Shown: in pieces, positions 37,850 through 48,452 of the stretch | How positions within the stretch are numbered: position 1 is the first letter of the stretch | Layout: every line of letters begins with the position of its first letter | Source: a virus | Strand: one strand, 5' to 3' | DNA length: 64,000 nucleotides | Virus record (IMG/VR): IMGVR_UViG_3300036770_003326 | Location: 25,530 to 89,529 of that record | The notes under the pieces: model-generated | What the model was told of the DNA's origin: nothing | Database searches by the model: none | What the model saw: the letters and a program-made list of their open reading frames with translations, nothing else | Program-made: the position numbers and the translations under genes

Positions 37850-40239
37850 AATTAGAAACAAAAAAACAAATTGATTTTACTTCTAATGCTTCTTTTGAGG
37901 GTTACGATGCTACTATTAGCAAACATGACATGCATAAACTGTGGGATATGCTACAAAATCCTTACAAAAATCCTATCGGTGCAGTTGTAAGAGAATATGT
38001 TAGTAATAGTTTTGACAGTCATGCAGAAGCTAAATTTATTAAAGAGCACTCGATAGAAGAAATTAAAAACGAATATTCTATTTATCAAACTGCTCCAATG
38101 GAAGAGTTAGTAGCTTTAAAACAAGCTGTAGAAATCTTTAATGATGATGCTGTAATTGTTACTATTGACAAAGACGATACAGGTTGGTTTTGGGCAACTG
38201 AAGATTTTGGTGTAGGTTTATCTCCTAGTAGAATTAAAGATGTATTTGTAAATTATTTGAAATCTACTAAGGAAACAAGTAATACGATGATAGGTGCGTT
38301 TGGTATGGGCTCAAAAAGCGGTTTAAGTTATGCTGATGTAGTTTTTATTCGTACTAGATATAATAGCATAGAGTATAGTTATATGCTAAGAAAAGGTGAG
38401 AATGGTCCTAGACTAGATATTATTGGAGAAGCAGCAACAACAGAAAGAAACGGCACGGAGATTAAAGTTTATATAGAAATAGAAGATGTAGCAAAGTTCA
38501 GAAGCAGTTGTAAAGAACAGTTAGCTTATTTTGACAATGTTTACTTTTCTTATTACTGTGAGATTCCTAATAACTTTCAGATTATTAAAGGCAATACGTG
38601 GATAGCTACTACTGGAGAAACTCCTCAAAACGACTTACATATTTGTTTAGGTAAAGTATCTTATCCAATAGATTGGAAGATACTTGAAATACCTAGAATA
38701 GATTTTCCTGTAGCACTTCAATTTGAAATAGGTGAACTAGATGTTATTCAAACAAGAGAAGATGTTAAGTATACTCCTAGAACTAAAGAAGCTATTTACA
38801 AAAAGCTAATAGAATTTGAAACAGAGTTAAGAAAAAGATGGGCAGAAAGTTCTAAAGAATGTAGTACAATTGAAGAGTTTTATGCAAAAAGAAATGAAGT
38901 TCCTACTTTATACTTTGCTCAAAATCAAATTGAGTTAAACTTAAAACAGAATGGATTATTTTGTATTGAAGAGAATGGCTATTATTATAAACCTTTTCAA
39001 GATGCAGGCTTAGCAGTATTTATGTTGCCTAAAGATTACACCAGTTTATTCTTTGACTATTATACTAGCGGTCAGTTTTCTGCTAGATTTCAAAAGTATA
39101 ATGCTGATGCAGGTGCGTTGTTAACAAAAGCAAATAGGAATCCTTATCAACTAATAATGAGAATTTCTCAAGAACACGAACCTCGTAAAAGTAAGTTTAT
39201 TAAACACACTTTTAAGAAAGATGTTTTGTTTTTTATTAGAAAAAAAACTAGGTTATACTTAAAGTATTATGTAAGCACGTTAAAACTTAAAACTGTATCA
39301 AAAGACAAGTGGAGAGGTATTATTACTGCTTATCAAAAAATAATACAGAAAGAAGTTATTGATAAGACTACTAGTTATGATAAAGTAGTACCTACTAAAG
39401 AATGGTTAGAATCTCAAAAAAAGACAAAAGCAAAAAGAGATACTACAGAAATTCAAGTAAAAACTTCTACGTTTTATTTTAATACTTCAGATTCTAAAAA
39501 TACAGAAAAAAGAAAAGTATCTGATTTTTTAGGTAATAATAGAACCTTATTTTTCCTTAACTCTAATGATGCTACGCCTGAAGTTGATAGAAATATGAGG
39601 CTTGTATATCTTACTTATAAAACTTTTACAAAAACTCCAGATAAGTTTATGCAGTATTGTGAAGTAGCTCCTACTAATTTAAAAAAGTTAAAAAATGTAA
39701 AAAATCAAGTTACAATGGAAAGTTTCTTATCAGAAGAAAATAAAGTTTTTCGCAGAATGGTTAGTATGGTTAAACTATACAAAAATCATGCAGACGCATT
39801 TAGTAAATTAAAAAGAATGCTAGCAGATGTTAATAAAATAAAGTTGCTTAAAGTATTAAGTCCTACTGTTTCTTCAGACTTAACAATATTAACAAATACT
39901 TTTTTAAATTTTACTAAACTAATAGAAGCAGAAAATAGACTATATGGGAGTGAAAAGTTTTTACAAGACACTTGTTATAAACTAGCTGTACAAAATAATA
40001 GTTTTGATAAAAAGTTAGAAGAAGATTTCTTTAAAATATTAAAATATTCTGAGCAGTTAGATATTATAGATTTTATTGACACTTCTACATACAGGTTTAA
40101 CAAAAACATAGGAAGTATTGTAGAATTTATTGCAGAGGCTATTTATTTACAAAACAAGTTTAAAACTAAACATAAGTTTCCTTTAAACATTCATTATAAA
40201 ATCTATTTCAATAGTAAATTTAAACACTATAAATGCTAA
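37846..40239 (+). CDS. rIIA-like protein with N-terminal GHKL ATPase
   Basis: REYVSNSFDSH, DFGVGLS, STK, IGAFGMGSKS, NGT; upstream of an rIIB-like gene. Confidence 0.8.
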   Translation: MKLETKKQIDFTSNASFEGYDATISKHDMHKLWDMLQNPYKNPIGAVVREYVSNSFDSHAEAKFIKEHSIEEIKNEYSIYQTAPMEELVALKQAVEIFNDDAVIVTIDKDDTGWFWATEDFGVGLSPSRIKDVFVNYLKSTKETSNTMIGAFGMGSKSGLSYADVVFIRTRYNSIEYSYMLRKGENGPRLDIIGEAATTERNGTEIKVYIEIEDVAKFRSSCKEQLAYFDNVYFSYYCEIPNNFQIIKGNTWIATTGETPQNDLHICLGKVSYPIDWKILEIPRIDFPVALQFEIGELDVIQTREDVKYTPRTKEAIYKKLIEFETELRKRWAESSKECSTIEEFYAKRNEVPTLYFAQNQIELNLKQNGLFCIEENGYYYKPFQDAGLAVFMLPKDYTSLFFDYYTSGQFSARFQKYNADAGALLTKANRNPYQLIMRISQEHEPRKSKFIKHTFKKDVLFFIRKKTRLYLKYYVSTLKLKTVSKDKWRGIITAYQKIIQKEVIDKTTSYDKVVPTKEWLESQKKTKAKRDTTEIQVKTSTFYFNTSDSKNTEKRKVSDFLGNNRTLFFLNSNDATPEVDRNMRLVYLTYKTFTKTPDKFMQYCEVAPTNLKKLKNVKNQVTMESFLSEENKVFRRMVSMVKLYKNHADAFSKLKRMLADVNKIKLLKVLSPTVSSDLTILTNTFLNFTKLIEAENRLYGSEKFLQDTCYKLAVQNNSFDKKLEEDFFKILKYSEQLDIIDFIDTSTYRFNKNIGSIVEFIAEAIYLQNKFKTKHKFPLNIHYKIYFNSKFKHYKC

Positions 40240-40243
40240 AAAT

Positions 40244-40483
40244 ATGAATGTAGAACATTATGAAGAAGTAGGCGACACTATTCTTAGACCTATATGGACA
40301 AGATTGCGAGAAGAAAAGGTAGTAAAGATAACAGAAAAAGGTATTTATGTAGATGCTTGGCAATATGTGTATAATCACTCATTAAAAAAAGTAGAAACAT
40401 TGCCTCACGTAAAAAGAATATGTGCAGAGAGTTATTTACCAAAAGAGAACTTTATTAATGTAACAAAACTAAACAATAATTAA
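40244..40483 (+). CDS. Hypothetical protein
   Basis: 79-aa ORF between rIIA and rIIB. Confidence 0.5.
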   Translation: MNVEHYEEVGDTILRPIWTRLREEKVVKITEKGIYVDAWQYVYNHSLKKVETLPHVKRICAESYLPKENFINVTKLNNN

Positions 40484-40493
40484 AACAAAAAGT

Positions 40494-41822
40494 ATGATTA
40501 AAGCAATGAGAGTAGGTAACACTATAGTTTGTACTATAGGCTCTAAAATGTACCAAAAAGTTTGTAACAGCAATGAAGACATTCTTAATCTGTATGAGAA
40601 AGCGTTAAACACTAATGAATCAGATTATGACGAAGTAAAAAGTTTAATAGCTTGTTTTGAAGTTTCTAAAACTAAAGACGAAGAAAGATTAGAAGAGCAA
40701 GAAAAAGATGCTCTTAATCAAAAAAGTCTTATTGACTGGATGGATAGTATTAGGAATTTAGGAGATGAGCATTTTGAAGTAATAGGCATTAAGTTGTATA
40801 TGAAAGGCATCAATATTACTGTGCCTGAGTTCTTAGCATTAGAGTTTGCAAAGCGTAGAGATAACCAAGAAGATTTATCAGCTATGATGAATTTTTGGAG
40901 ACTATGTGCGTTAAACCCTGATCCAAAATGTAGAGAAGATTTGTATAAATTCTTAATTAACAACGATTTGACTTTAACTCCTAGCGGTTACTTTGTAGCT
41001 TATAGAAATGTTAATGTTAAAAACGAAGGTTTACGAGAAAGAAACGAATTTGTTGCAGAACAATGGTTAAAAATTAAAACTCAGAAAAGAGGTCCTAAAA
41101 ACTTTGTAGTAGTATGGAATAACGAAGACAAAGAATTTGAGTTAATGCACGAAGATAAATGGGAAGTTCTTAAAGACAAAACTTACGAAATAGACAACGG
41201 TTACGAAGACGAAGATGGTGAATGGATAGAAGAATGGGAAGAAGAAAATTTGTATAAGTATCAAGGCAACTTACAAGAGTTGTACGTAGAGTTTGTAAAC
41301 TTAGAAGCAAGTGAACAAACTGTTTACACAGATGGCTATACAGGTCGTATGGAAATTATTTTAGGACAGCCTGTTAAGATTGACCGTAAACAATGTGATG
41401 CAAACCCAGATAGAACTTGTTCTAGAGGTTTACACGCAGCCAATAGTAGTTGGTTAACATCAGGGTATTTTGGCTCGGTAGGCTTAGCAGTATTAATTAA
41501 TCCAATGCATGTAATTGCCGTTCCTTATACAGACGGAGGCAAACTAAGATGTTGTGAGTATTTACCAATTGCTACTATTGAGTACGATAGTGAAGGCAAA
41601 GTAATTCCTATTGATACTAATACTTTTGAGTTAGAGTATGCAGAGTATACACAAGAAGAGTTGGAAGACTTAATTGAAAATACTCCACTAGAATCTTTAA
41701 AAGAACACGAAATTATTCCTAAAGAAATTAGTTTGTATGCTTTTAGAAAAACTATTCAAGATTTAAGAAATACTTTATGTCAATTGACAGAAGTAGTATC
41801 TAACAGAGTTAAAAACGTATAA
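40494..41822 (+). CDS. rIIB-like protein
   Basis: NFW....NP....LYKFL, G.FVAYR, CD.NP..TCSRGLH, NP.HVIAVP, KLRCCEY. Confidence 0.8.
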   Translation: MIKAMRVGNTIVCTIGSKMYQKVCNSNEDILNLYEKALNTNESDYDEVKSLIACFEVSKTKDEERLEEQEKDALNQKSLIDWMDSIRNLGDEHFEVIGIKLYMKGINITVPEFLALEFAKRRDNQEDLSAMMNFWRLCALNPDPKCREDLYKFLINNDLTLTPSGYFVAYRNVNVKNEGLRERNEFVAEQWLKIKTQKRGPKNFVVVWNNEDKEFELMHEDKWEVLKDKTYEIDNGYEDEDGEWIEEWEEENLYKYQGNLQELYVEFVNLEASEQTVYTDGYTGRMEIILGQPVKIDRKQCDANPDRTCSRGLHAANSSWLTSGYFGSVGLAVLINPMHVIAVPYTDGGKLRCCEYLPIATIEYDSEGKVIPIDTNTFELEYAEYTQEELEDLIENTPLESLKEHEIIPKEISLYAFRKTIQDLRNTLCQLTEVVSNRVKNV

Positions 41823-41824
41823 CA

Positions 41825-42319
41825 ATGGTGAGTGAGATAAAACTAGAGTTTCCCGAATTTATCACGCATATACCACAAAGTAAAAACGTATGGGTTAAAA
41901 TAGGTTATAATAAAATTCATGCTTCTGTGCATTATACAACTAGAGCGGCTCTTGTGGCCGCTATGCACGGTTATATTGAAAAAAATATTCCTGAAAATCT
42001 TAGTATTCAAGCACCAATTGAAACTAAGCTAACTGTATATGCGCCTATAAACTTTGGTAGTATGAAAATGGTAAAAGATAAAACTACTGGTAAGAGAAGA
42101 ACGAGTTGGACTCCTGCAGCTCCTGGGTATAAACCTAATTGGGATATAGGAAATTTAGCATTAATATGGATTAAAGCTTTAGACGACGTATTAATTAAAA
42201 AAGGAATACTTCCAGATGATACTGTTGAATTTCTAAGAAGAACTACTTATGAGTTTATTCCTGTAAGTAATTTTAAAGATAGAAAATTAGTCTACAAATT
42301 AAAAAGTATAAAAAGATGA
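41825..42319 (+). CDS. RusA-like Holliday junction resolvase
   Basis: WDIGN...KALDDVL..GILPDD. Confidence 0.65.
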   Translation: MVSEIKLEFPEFITHIPQSKNVWVKIGYNKIHASVHYTTRAALVAAMHGYIEKNIPENLSIQAPIETKLTVYAPINFGSMKMVKDKTTGKRRTSWTPAAPGYKPNWDIGNLALIWIKALDDVLIKKGILPDDTVEFLRRTTYEFIPVSNFKDRKLVYKLKSIKR

Positions 42320-43353
42320 GTAATTATAAAGACATACAAGCGCTCAATCAGAGTATCTTAAAGAAAATATTATACAGTCCTGCAGAATTTAAAAAAGCTC
42401 AAGAACGACAAAACAACGAAGAATCTAGCCAAGATCATTTTGTATTTGGTACAATGGTAGATATAATGTTAACAGGTACTCGAGCAGAATTTGATGAAAA
42501 ATTTATTAAAATATCCGAAGATTCTTATCCTAGTGAAACTATTGAAAAAATAGTAAGAGGTGTTTTTGATGAAATTCTAACAGAGCATCAAGAAGATATT
42601 AATTTTTTTCCTTTTAGTGCTTATACTGATAAGATTTTACAGCATTGCAAATATCAAAATTATTATAATAATTATAAAGATGAGACTAGAGTAAGCAAGA
42701 TACTTACTACTGGCACAGATTATTTTGAGTTATTACAAAATTCTGTAGGTAAAACTATAGTTACTGATATTGAGTATGCTAAAGCTGTAAATTGTGTAAT
42801 GGCCTTAAAATCTGATGATTTTACTAAAAAATATTCTGATAAAAATTATCCAAAACATTCTCCAGATGATTTAGAGTATTTAGATAAAGTAGTCATTATG
42901 TTTGAATATGAAGGCTTGCAATTTAAAGGTGAGTTAGATAGAGTTATGTTAGACCATGATAGAAAAGTAATTACTCCAATAGACTTTAAAACTACTAGTA
43001 AAAGTATTATTAGTTTTAAACATGAGTTTTGGAAATATCGTTATGATTTTCAAGCAGCAGTATATCGTTACGGGCTTACAAAACAAGATTTTATAGTGGA
43101 ACTAATGAAAAAAGGTTATGTAATGGATAATTTTCTATATATTGTAGTAGAAAAAGAATTGACTAACCCGCCAATGTGTTTTGAGGTAACTAAAGATATT
43201 ATTCATATAGGTCTTGCAGGTGGCAAAATAGAAAATACTTTTTATGAAGGATTTACACAAGCAGTAGAGAGATATATTTATGCTGAAAATAACAACAAAT
43301 GGCAGTATCCAAAAGAATATTATGTAAATAACGGCAGAATGAGTTTATTATGA
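42316..43353 (+). CDS. PD-(D/E)XK exonuclease (RecE/ExoVIII-like)
   Basis: FGT.VD, KGELD, IDFKTT, YDFQAAVY. Confidence 0.8.
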   Translation: MSNYKDIQALNQSILKKILYSPAEFKKAQERQNNEESSQDHFVFGTMVDIMLTGTRAEFDEKFIKISEDSYPSETIEKIVRGVFDEILTEHQEDINFFPFSAYTDKILQHCKYQNYYNNYKDETRVSKILTTGTDYFELLQNSVGKTIVTDIEYAKAVNCVMALKSDDFTKKYSDKNYPKHSPDDLEYLDKVVIMFEYEGLQFKGELDRVMLDHDRKVITPIDFKTTSKSIISFKHEFWKYRYDFQAAVYRYGLTKQDFIVELMKKGYVMDNFLYIVVEKELTNPPMCFEVTKDIIHIGLAGGKIENTFYEGFTQAVERYIYAENNNKWQYPKEYYVNNGRMSLL

Positions 43354-43970
43354 GAGAGATAAAATTTACTAAAACTGCTACTTTTATATTTCCTTTATTA
43401 AACATTAGTAAAAACTTATTTGATTGTAATATACTAGACCCTTGGGGCAGGATAAAATTTAATTCTAGATTTTTAAATGCTTATTTACAAGATCAAAATA
43501 TTGAAAAATATAATAATCAAAACTATGTATTTATTCTTGTTAGAGGTTATAGAGATGCAGAATTTGATAAATTTTATTCTACTATCCAAGCTTTTCCAAA
43601 TTATGTAGATGATTATGAAATACAAGACTGTATAGTATTAGTATTTAGTATTCCTACTAATTATCAAAAAGATTATGAGCTAATACTTAACGGTATTTAT
43701 TCTGAAATTAGCCCTGAAGCAAAAAAATTGATCCTAACAAATAATTATTTTTCTGGCAAGATATTTACTTTGCCTTTAATTTTAACTAAAGCTACTGTGC
43801 TTAAACAGAGTTGGGAAGAAAGATTGAGCAATCCTGGGTCTATTGCAGATTTAAAAGATCAAGAAGTATGGCCTATAATTACTTTTGAGAAAGAAATTTT
43901 GGATAAAAATATTATTTCTAGATATTCTGCAAACAACAAACATTTTGAACCATCAGGGGAGTTTTTCTAG
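43350..43970 (+). CDS. Hypothetical protein
   Basis: 206-aa ORF. Confidence 0.6.
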   Translation: MREIKFTKTATFIFPLLNISKNLFDCNILDPWGRIKFNSRFLNAYLQDQNIEKYNNQNYVFILVRGYRDAEFDKFYSTIQAFPNYVDDYEIQDCIVLVFSIPTNYQKDYELILNGIYSEISPEAKKLILTNNYFSGKIFTLPLILTKATVLKQSWEERLSNPGSIADLKDQEVWPIITFEKEILDKNIISRYSANNKHFEPSGEFF

Positions 43971-43991
43971 CTCCCCTTAAATTATTAACAA

Positions 43992-44471
43992 ATGGATTTT
44001 GATAATTTTTATAAATCCGATAAACTAAGATTTTATAAATTTTTTTTGAAAAGAGTTTTTGATAATGTAATAGCTGAAGATTTAACTCAAGATTTTTTTA
44101 TAAAAGTCTATTTAAATCTAGATAAATTTGATGATAATAAAGCTTTATGGGATGCCTGGTTATTTGTTATTGCTAGAAATATTTTAATAGATTACTATAG
44201 AAAAAATAAGTATTTATATAATTCTGTAAAAATAGATATAACTAGTATAGACTATCCTGTAGAGAATCATTTTAATGAAATGCTCGATGTATATAATAAA
44301 GAAATTAATAAAATAAGTAAGAAAAAAATAGATTGTTTTATTATGTTGTACGAAGGCTATAGTATAAAAGAAATTCAAAAAGCTTTTAATATATCAGAAG
44401 GAACTGTAAAAAGTAGAATATTTAAGTCTAGAGAAATTTTAAAAGAAAAACTAAAAGAATTTATAATATGA
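43992..44471 (+). CDS. ECF-type sigma-70 factor
   Basis: AEDLTQDFFIKV, WLFVIARNILIDYYRK, EGYSIKEI...ISEGTVKSRIFKSR. Confidence 0.85.
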   Translation: MDFDNFYKSDKLRFYKFFLKRVFDNVIAEDLTQDFFIKVYLNLDKFDDNKALWDAWLFVIARNILIDYYRKNKYLYNSVKIDITSIDYPVENHFNEMLDVYNKEINKISKKKIDCFIMLYEGYSIKEIQKAFNISEGTVKSRIFKSREILKEKLKEFII

Positions 44472-44564
44472 AAGATTGTGGAAAAACTTTTATTAAAGCA
44501 AGCATAATAGGTATTCTTGCAGGTATTGCAATTGGCTATTTTATGTTTTGTTAAAAAAATTAAC

Positions 44565-45464
44565 ATGAAAAAAATAAAAACATTTTATTCACCAAAACAA
44601 GTATGTCATAAAATGGACTCATCATTTTCTAAAAGTCCATTAAAACCATATCTTTTGATGAAAAAAATTAAAGAAAAAAATTATGATAAATATTTTGATC
44701 TACAAGAAAATTTTGAGCCTATAAAAAAAGAAGATTTTTTAATTGCACATACAGAAGAGTATGTAGATAATGTATTTAATAAAAAAGGTAATTATAGTAA
44801 TAATGGATTGCCTTGGAGTAACGAGTTAGTTAAAAGTTTACATTATACTACAGGATCATTATTAGCAGCTAAAAGATGGGCAATAGAATATCCTGAAGAA
44901 TTATGTTTTGCTCCTGTATCAGGTATGCATCATGCAAAGCCTCATACAGGATCAGGATATTGTACATTTTCAGGACAAGTTATATCTGCTATAAAGATTT
45001 ATCAAGAAACAGGTTTATCAGGAGCATATCTTGATTTAGATTGTCATTTTGGAAATAGTATTGAAGATACTTATGATTTTAATCCTTTACTAGAAAAAGC
45101 AATACCAAAAGGTTTTAATATAAATCCAGAAGGTTATAATGAAACTTACATTAAAAATTTTAAATCTAAGCTTGAATTATTAAAAAAAGAAATTTTAAAA
45201 AATAAAATACATTATGTAGTATTTGCTCATGGTGCAGATAGTCATACTGAAGATGATTTAGGAGGAAGATTAGATACTGAACATTGGATAAAAGCGGCAG
45301 AAGTTTTTGCTAATTGGGTAAATGATATATCAAAAGATTTAGGTAAGTCTTTGCCAGTAGTAATGTGTTTATTTGGGGGATATAGAAGAAATAATTATGA
45401 TTTTGTACTAGACTTACATATTATATCTTTATTAACTTGTAGAAGAATAATTTATAACTTATAA
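44565..45464 (+). CDS. Histone-deacetylase-family (Zn-dependent) amidohydrolase
   Basis: HT.EY, GMHHA...SGYC, DLDCHFGN, GADSH..D.LG, GGY; start adjusted to ATG 44565. Confidence 0.85.
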   Translation: MKKIKTFYSPKQVCHKMDSSFSKSPLKPYLLMKKIKEKNYDKYFDLQENFEPIKKEDFLIAHTEEYVDNVFNKKGNYSNNGLPWSNELVKSLHYTTGSLLAAKRWAIEYPEELCFAPVSGMHHAKPHTGSGYCTFSGQVISAIKIYQETGLSGAYLDLDCHFGNSIEDTYDFNPLLEKAIPKGFNINPEGYNETYIKNFKSKLELLKKEILKNKIHYVVFAHGADSHTEDDLGGRLDTEHWIKAAEVFANWVNDISKDLGKSLPVVMCLFGGYRRNNYDFVLDLHIISLLTCRRIIYNL

Positions 45465-45579
45465 TATTAAAAAATGAGTAAAGAAGAACTAATAGAATGG
45501 ATATATAGTTTATATACCCAAACTCTAACCGATGAATTAAAAGATAGTATTGTAGAAAAAATTCAAGAATTAGATTAAA

Positions 45580-46452
45580 ATGAGTTTAGTAAAAGTATTA
45601 AATAGAAAAAGTATGTTGATCAGACCTTCAGGTAGAAGTACTGATTTTATTAGTCCAAGTTTTGGTTTTGGCTGTTTGTATGACTGTTCTTACTGCTATA
45701 TGAAACGCCATAAACCTACTGGTTTAGACATAGCTACTAATACTGGAGATATTCTAACAGCTATAAATAATCATGCTTATTTTACTCCTGTAGATAAGCC
45801 TAATCAAACTCATGAGGTACTTACTACTTATGATATTTCTTGTAATGAAGATTTTGCTTTACATGCTAAACATCATGATTGGGAAAGAATTTTTGAATTT
45901 TTCAAAAAACATCCTCTTGCTATGGGTACCTTTGCTACTAAGTATGTAAATAAAAATCTTTTAAATTATAATCCTGAGCAAAAGATAAGAATTAGATTTA
46001 GTCTAATGCCTCAATCTTATGCAGATTTATTAGAACCAAATACTAGTAAAATAAATGAAAGATTAAAAGCAGTAAAAATGTTTCAAGCTGCTGGTTATGA
46101 AGTGCACTTAAATTTTAGCCCTGTAATTGTATGTTTTAATTGGTTACAAGAATATGAACAATTGTTTAAAGATGTCAGAGAGTACGCTATAACATATGAT
46201 TGGGATAATGATAGTGTCAAAGCTGAGGTAATATTTCTTACCCATAATAAATCTAAACATGAATATAATTTAGATAATAATATCTCAGGTGAAGAATTAA
46301 TATGGCGCCCTGACATTCAGGAAAATAAAACATCTCAGTATGGCGGAGAAAATCTTAGGTATGAACATAATTTAAAATCTCAGTATATAAAAGAATTTAC
46401 TGCACTTCATGATAAGATAATACCTTGGAATACAATTAGATATATATTTTAA
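45580..46452 (+). CDS. Spore photoproduct lyase-like radical SAM protein
   Basis: GCLYDCSYCY, TK, RFSL.P, EP.TS...R, NFSPVI. Confidence 0.8.
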   Translation: MSLVKVLNRKSMLIRPSGRSTDFISPSFGFGCLYDCSYCYMKRHKPTGLDIATNTGDILTAINNHAYFTPVDKPNQTHEVLTTYDISCNEDFALHAKHHDWERIFEFFKKHPLAMGTFATKYVNKNLLNYNPEQKIRIRFSLMPQSYADLLEPNTSKINERLKAVKMFQAAGYEVHLNFSPVIVCFNWLQEYEQLFKDVREYAITYDWDNDSVKAEVIFLTHNKSKHEYNLDNNISGEELIWRPDIQENKTSQYGGENLRYEHNLKSQYIKEFTALHDKIIPWNTIRYIF

Positions 46453-46462
46453 ATTAAATATT

Positions 46463-46687
46463 ATGGACAAAAAATTATATATACTTAGTAAAATATTAAT
46501 AGACAATGGAAATAAAGTAAATGATGTAGTATTTGAATCATACCCTTATGATGTTCAATTTCATATGTTGCCTTATTTATGGCGCCATTTTGAATATTGT
46601 GGACTTTATAATAATAATGAAGAAGAACTACAAAATGATTTATTATCCTGGGTATATAAATATGAAAATATAACTATTAAGTTTTAA
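46463..46687 (+). CDS. Hypothetical protein
   Basis: 74-aa ORF. Confidence 0.5.
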   Translation: MDKKLYILSKILIDNGNKVNDVVFESYPYDVQFHMLPYLWRHFEYCGLYNNNEEELQNDLLSWVYKYENITIKF

Positions 46688-47385
46688 TGAGAAACAAACA
46701 ATATTGGGTAAATGAGCTCGGTTTTGGCTGGGCTCTTGCTTTAAAAGAAACTTTAAAATCTGATTACATAGAAAAACTGTTTAATTATTTAACAGTGCAA
46801 AAGGCTTTTAATACTGTAAGCCCTAGTGAAAAAGATATATTTAGGTATTTTAAACTTACTCCTAGAGAAAATCTTAAAGCAGTAGTAATTATAAAAGAAT
46901 ACGGCATAGACATAAATATGTATCCTGTAAAAGATGCTTGTAATTATATAAATTCTTCTTATGATGTAGGCTTAGAAAAAATATCTGAATGTATTTACAG
47001 AGAATATTATTTAGATAATCCTAGTAAAGTTTTATATACTAAATTATTTGATTTTGATGATTGGGCCAAACAAGGCATATTAATATTGCCGCTAGCATTA
47101 ACTATCAGTAGTAAAGGATCTGGAGAGCATATTAAACCTTGGCGTAAATTTGTAGAAGCAGTATTACAAGATATTGTGAAGTATTCTCCAGGGACTATAT
47201 TTTTGTTGCTAGACGAACAAGCTAAACAATATAGTGAATTTTTATCTCAAAATCAACATGTATTTTCATGTGGTAGCCCTGCAATTGCAGCAAAAGAATC
47301 TAAAGATTGGCATTGCAAAATGTTTAAGCAAATTGATTTACTTACAGATAATATTTATGGACCAGGATATAGATTTGCGTGGTAG
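46687..47385 (+). CDS. Uracil-DNA glycosylase family-1-like protein, catalytic motifs degenerate
   Basis: W...L.....Y, P...DIFR.F..TP, WAKQGIL, H...W..F, FLL; GQDPY and HPS motifs absent. Confidence 0.7.
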   Translation: MRNKQYWVNELGFGWALALKETLKSDYIEKLFNYLTVQKAFNTVSPSEKDIFRYFKLTPRENLKAVVIIKEYGIDINMYPVKDACNYINSSYDVGLEKISECIYREYYLDNPSKVLYTKLFDFDDWAKQGILILPLALTISSKGSGEHIKPWRKFVEAVLQDIVKYSPGTIFLLLDEQAKQYSEFLSQNQHVFSCGSPAIAAKESKDWHCKMFKQIDLLTDNIYGPGYRFAW

Positions 47386-47728
47386 TGCTTATTTTAATAA
47401 TAAGACTAAATATAAATTTACTGCAGAGGAAGTGCTAAATATAAAAAAAGATATTTTAGCAGGCATTCCTGTAGAAGTACTTGCTAAAAAATATAATCTT
47501 TCAGAGCCTAGAATATCTACTTTAATTAATAAATTTATATTTAAAAACTATGATAATAATAAAATATTAGGTAGAAAAATAGAACCTTATTATAATTCTG
47601 AAAAAGAATTATTTAATATAGGAAATAATAATTATACTTGGGAAAGTTTAACTGAACATGAAAAAAAATTTTATTTAGAATATGAAGCAAAAGAGCGCAA
47701 TAGTAAAATTAATAGAGCACTGGAGTAG
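47357..47728 (+). CDS. HTH-containing protein
   Basis: PVEVLAKKYNLSEPRISTL; likely start at MDQDID (approximate). Confidence 0.5.
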   Translation: MDQDIDLRGSAYFNNKTKYKFTAEEVLNIKKDILAGIPVEVLAKKYNLSEPRISTLINKFIFKNYDNNKILGRKIEPYYNSEKELFNIGNNNYTWESLTEHEKKFYLEYEAKERNSKINRALE

Positions 47729-48128
47729 TACTTTTAATTTGCCTGTAAATACTGAGGAAAAATTTCCTGCAAAAGAGAGAATAGATTTAGCATTAAAATT
47801 AATTAGAGAAGAATTAACAGAAACAGAAGAAGCTATAGATAATAAAAACTTTTTAGAAACAAAAGATGGTTTAGGAGATTTACTATGGGTAGTAATTAGA
47901 GCTATGATGGAATTAGGAATAGATCCTGATGAAACTATAGAAGCTATATTTATTTCAAATATGTCTAAAGCTGACGATAATGAAGAAGATGCTGGAGTAA
48001 CTTATAACTATTATAAAGAAAAAGGTATAATTACCTACTGCAAAGTAGTAAACAACTTATTTATAACTTATAATGTTTCTGACCATAAAGTATTAAAAAG
48101 TCATAAATTTCAAAAACCAAACTTATGA
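47682..48128 (+). CDS. MazG-like nucleotide pyrophosphohydrolase
   Basis: LIREELTE, DGLGDL, SNMSK, KVLK. Confidence 0.75.
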   Translation: MKQKSAIVKLIEHWSSTFNLPVNTEEKFPAKERIDLALKLIREELTETEEAIDNKNFLETKDGLGDLLWVVIRAMMELGIDPDETIEAIFISNMSKADDNEEDAGVTYNYYKEKGIITYCKVVNNLFITYNVSDHKVLKSHKFQKPNL

Positions 48129-48451
48129 AAGTAGGAGATAGGGTAATATGTGTAGATGATAGTGTAAAAACTGGATTATTAGAATTTGTAGGGTATGCTT
48201 ACCCTAATTGGATTAAGAAAGATGAAATATATACAGTGCGTGAAATATTACCTAATGATGATATAGTGCCAGGTATTTTACTAGAAGAAGTAAGCAATCC
48301 TGAGATATATATACATTTGTTAGGCAAAGAACAAGAACCTGCATTTAGGTTAAGTAGATTTGCTCCTATAAATTACCAAGAAAAATCTATAGAAAATGAA
48401 ATAGAAGAGGTATTAGAGGAGCTCGAAATATTTGACCCTTTAGCATTTTAA
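48125..48451 (+). CDS. Hypothetical protein
   Basis: MKVGDRVICVD...YTVRE...LEEV.N...F...RF. Confidence 0.6.
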   Translation: MKVGDRVICVDDSVKTGLLEFVGYAYPNWIKKDEIYTVREILPNDDIVPGILLEEVSNPEIYIHLLGKEQEPAFRLSRFAPINYQEKSIENEIEEVLEELEIFDPLAF

Positions 48452-48452
48452 C

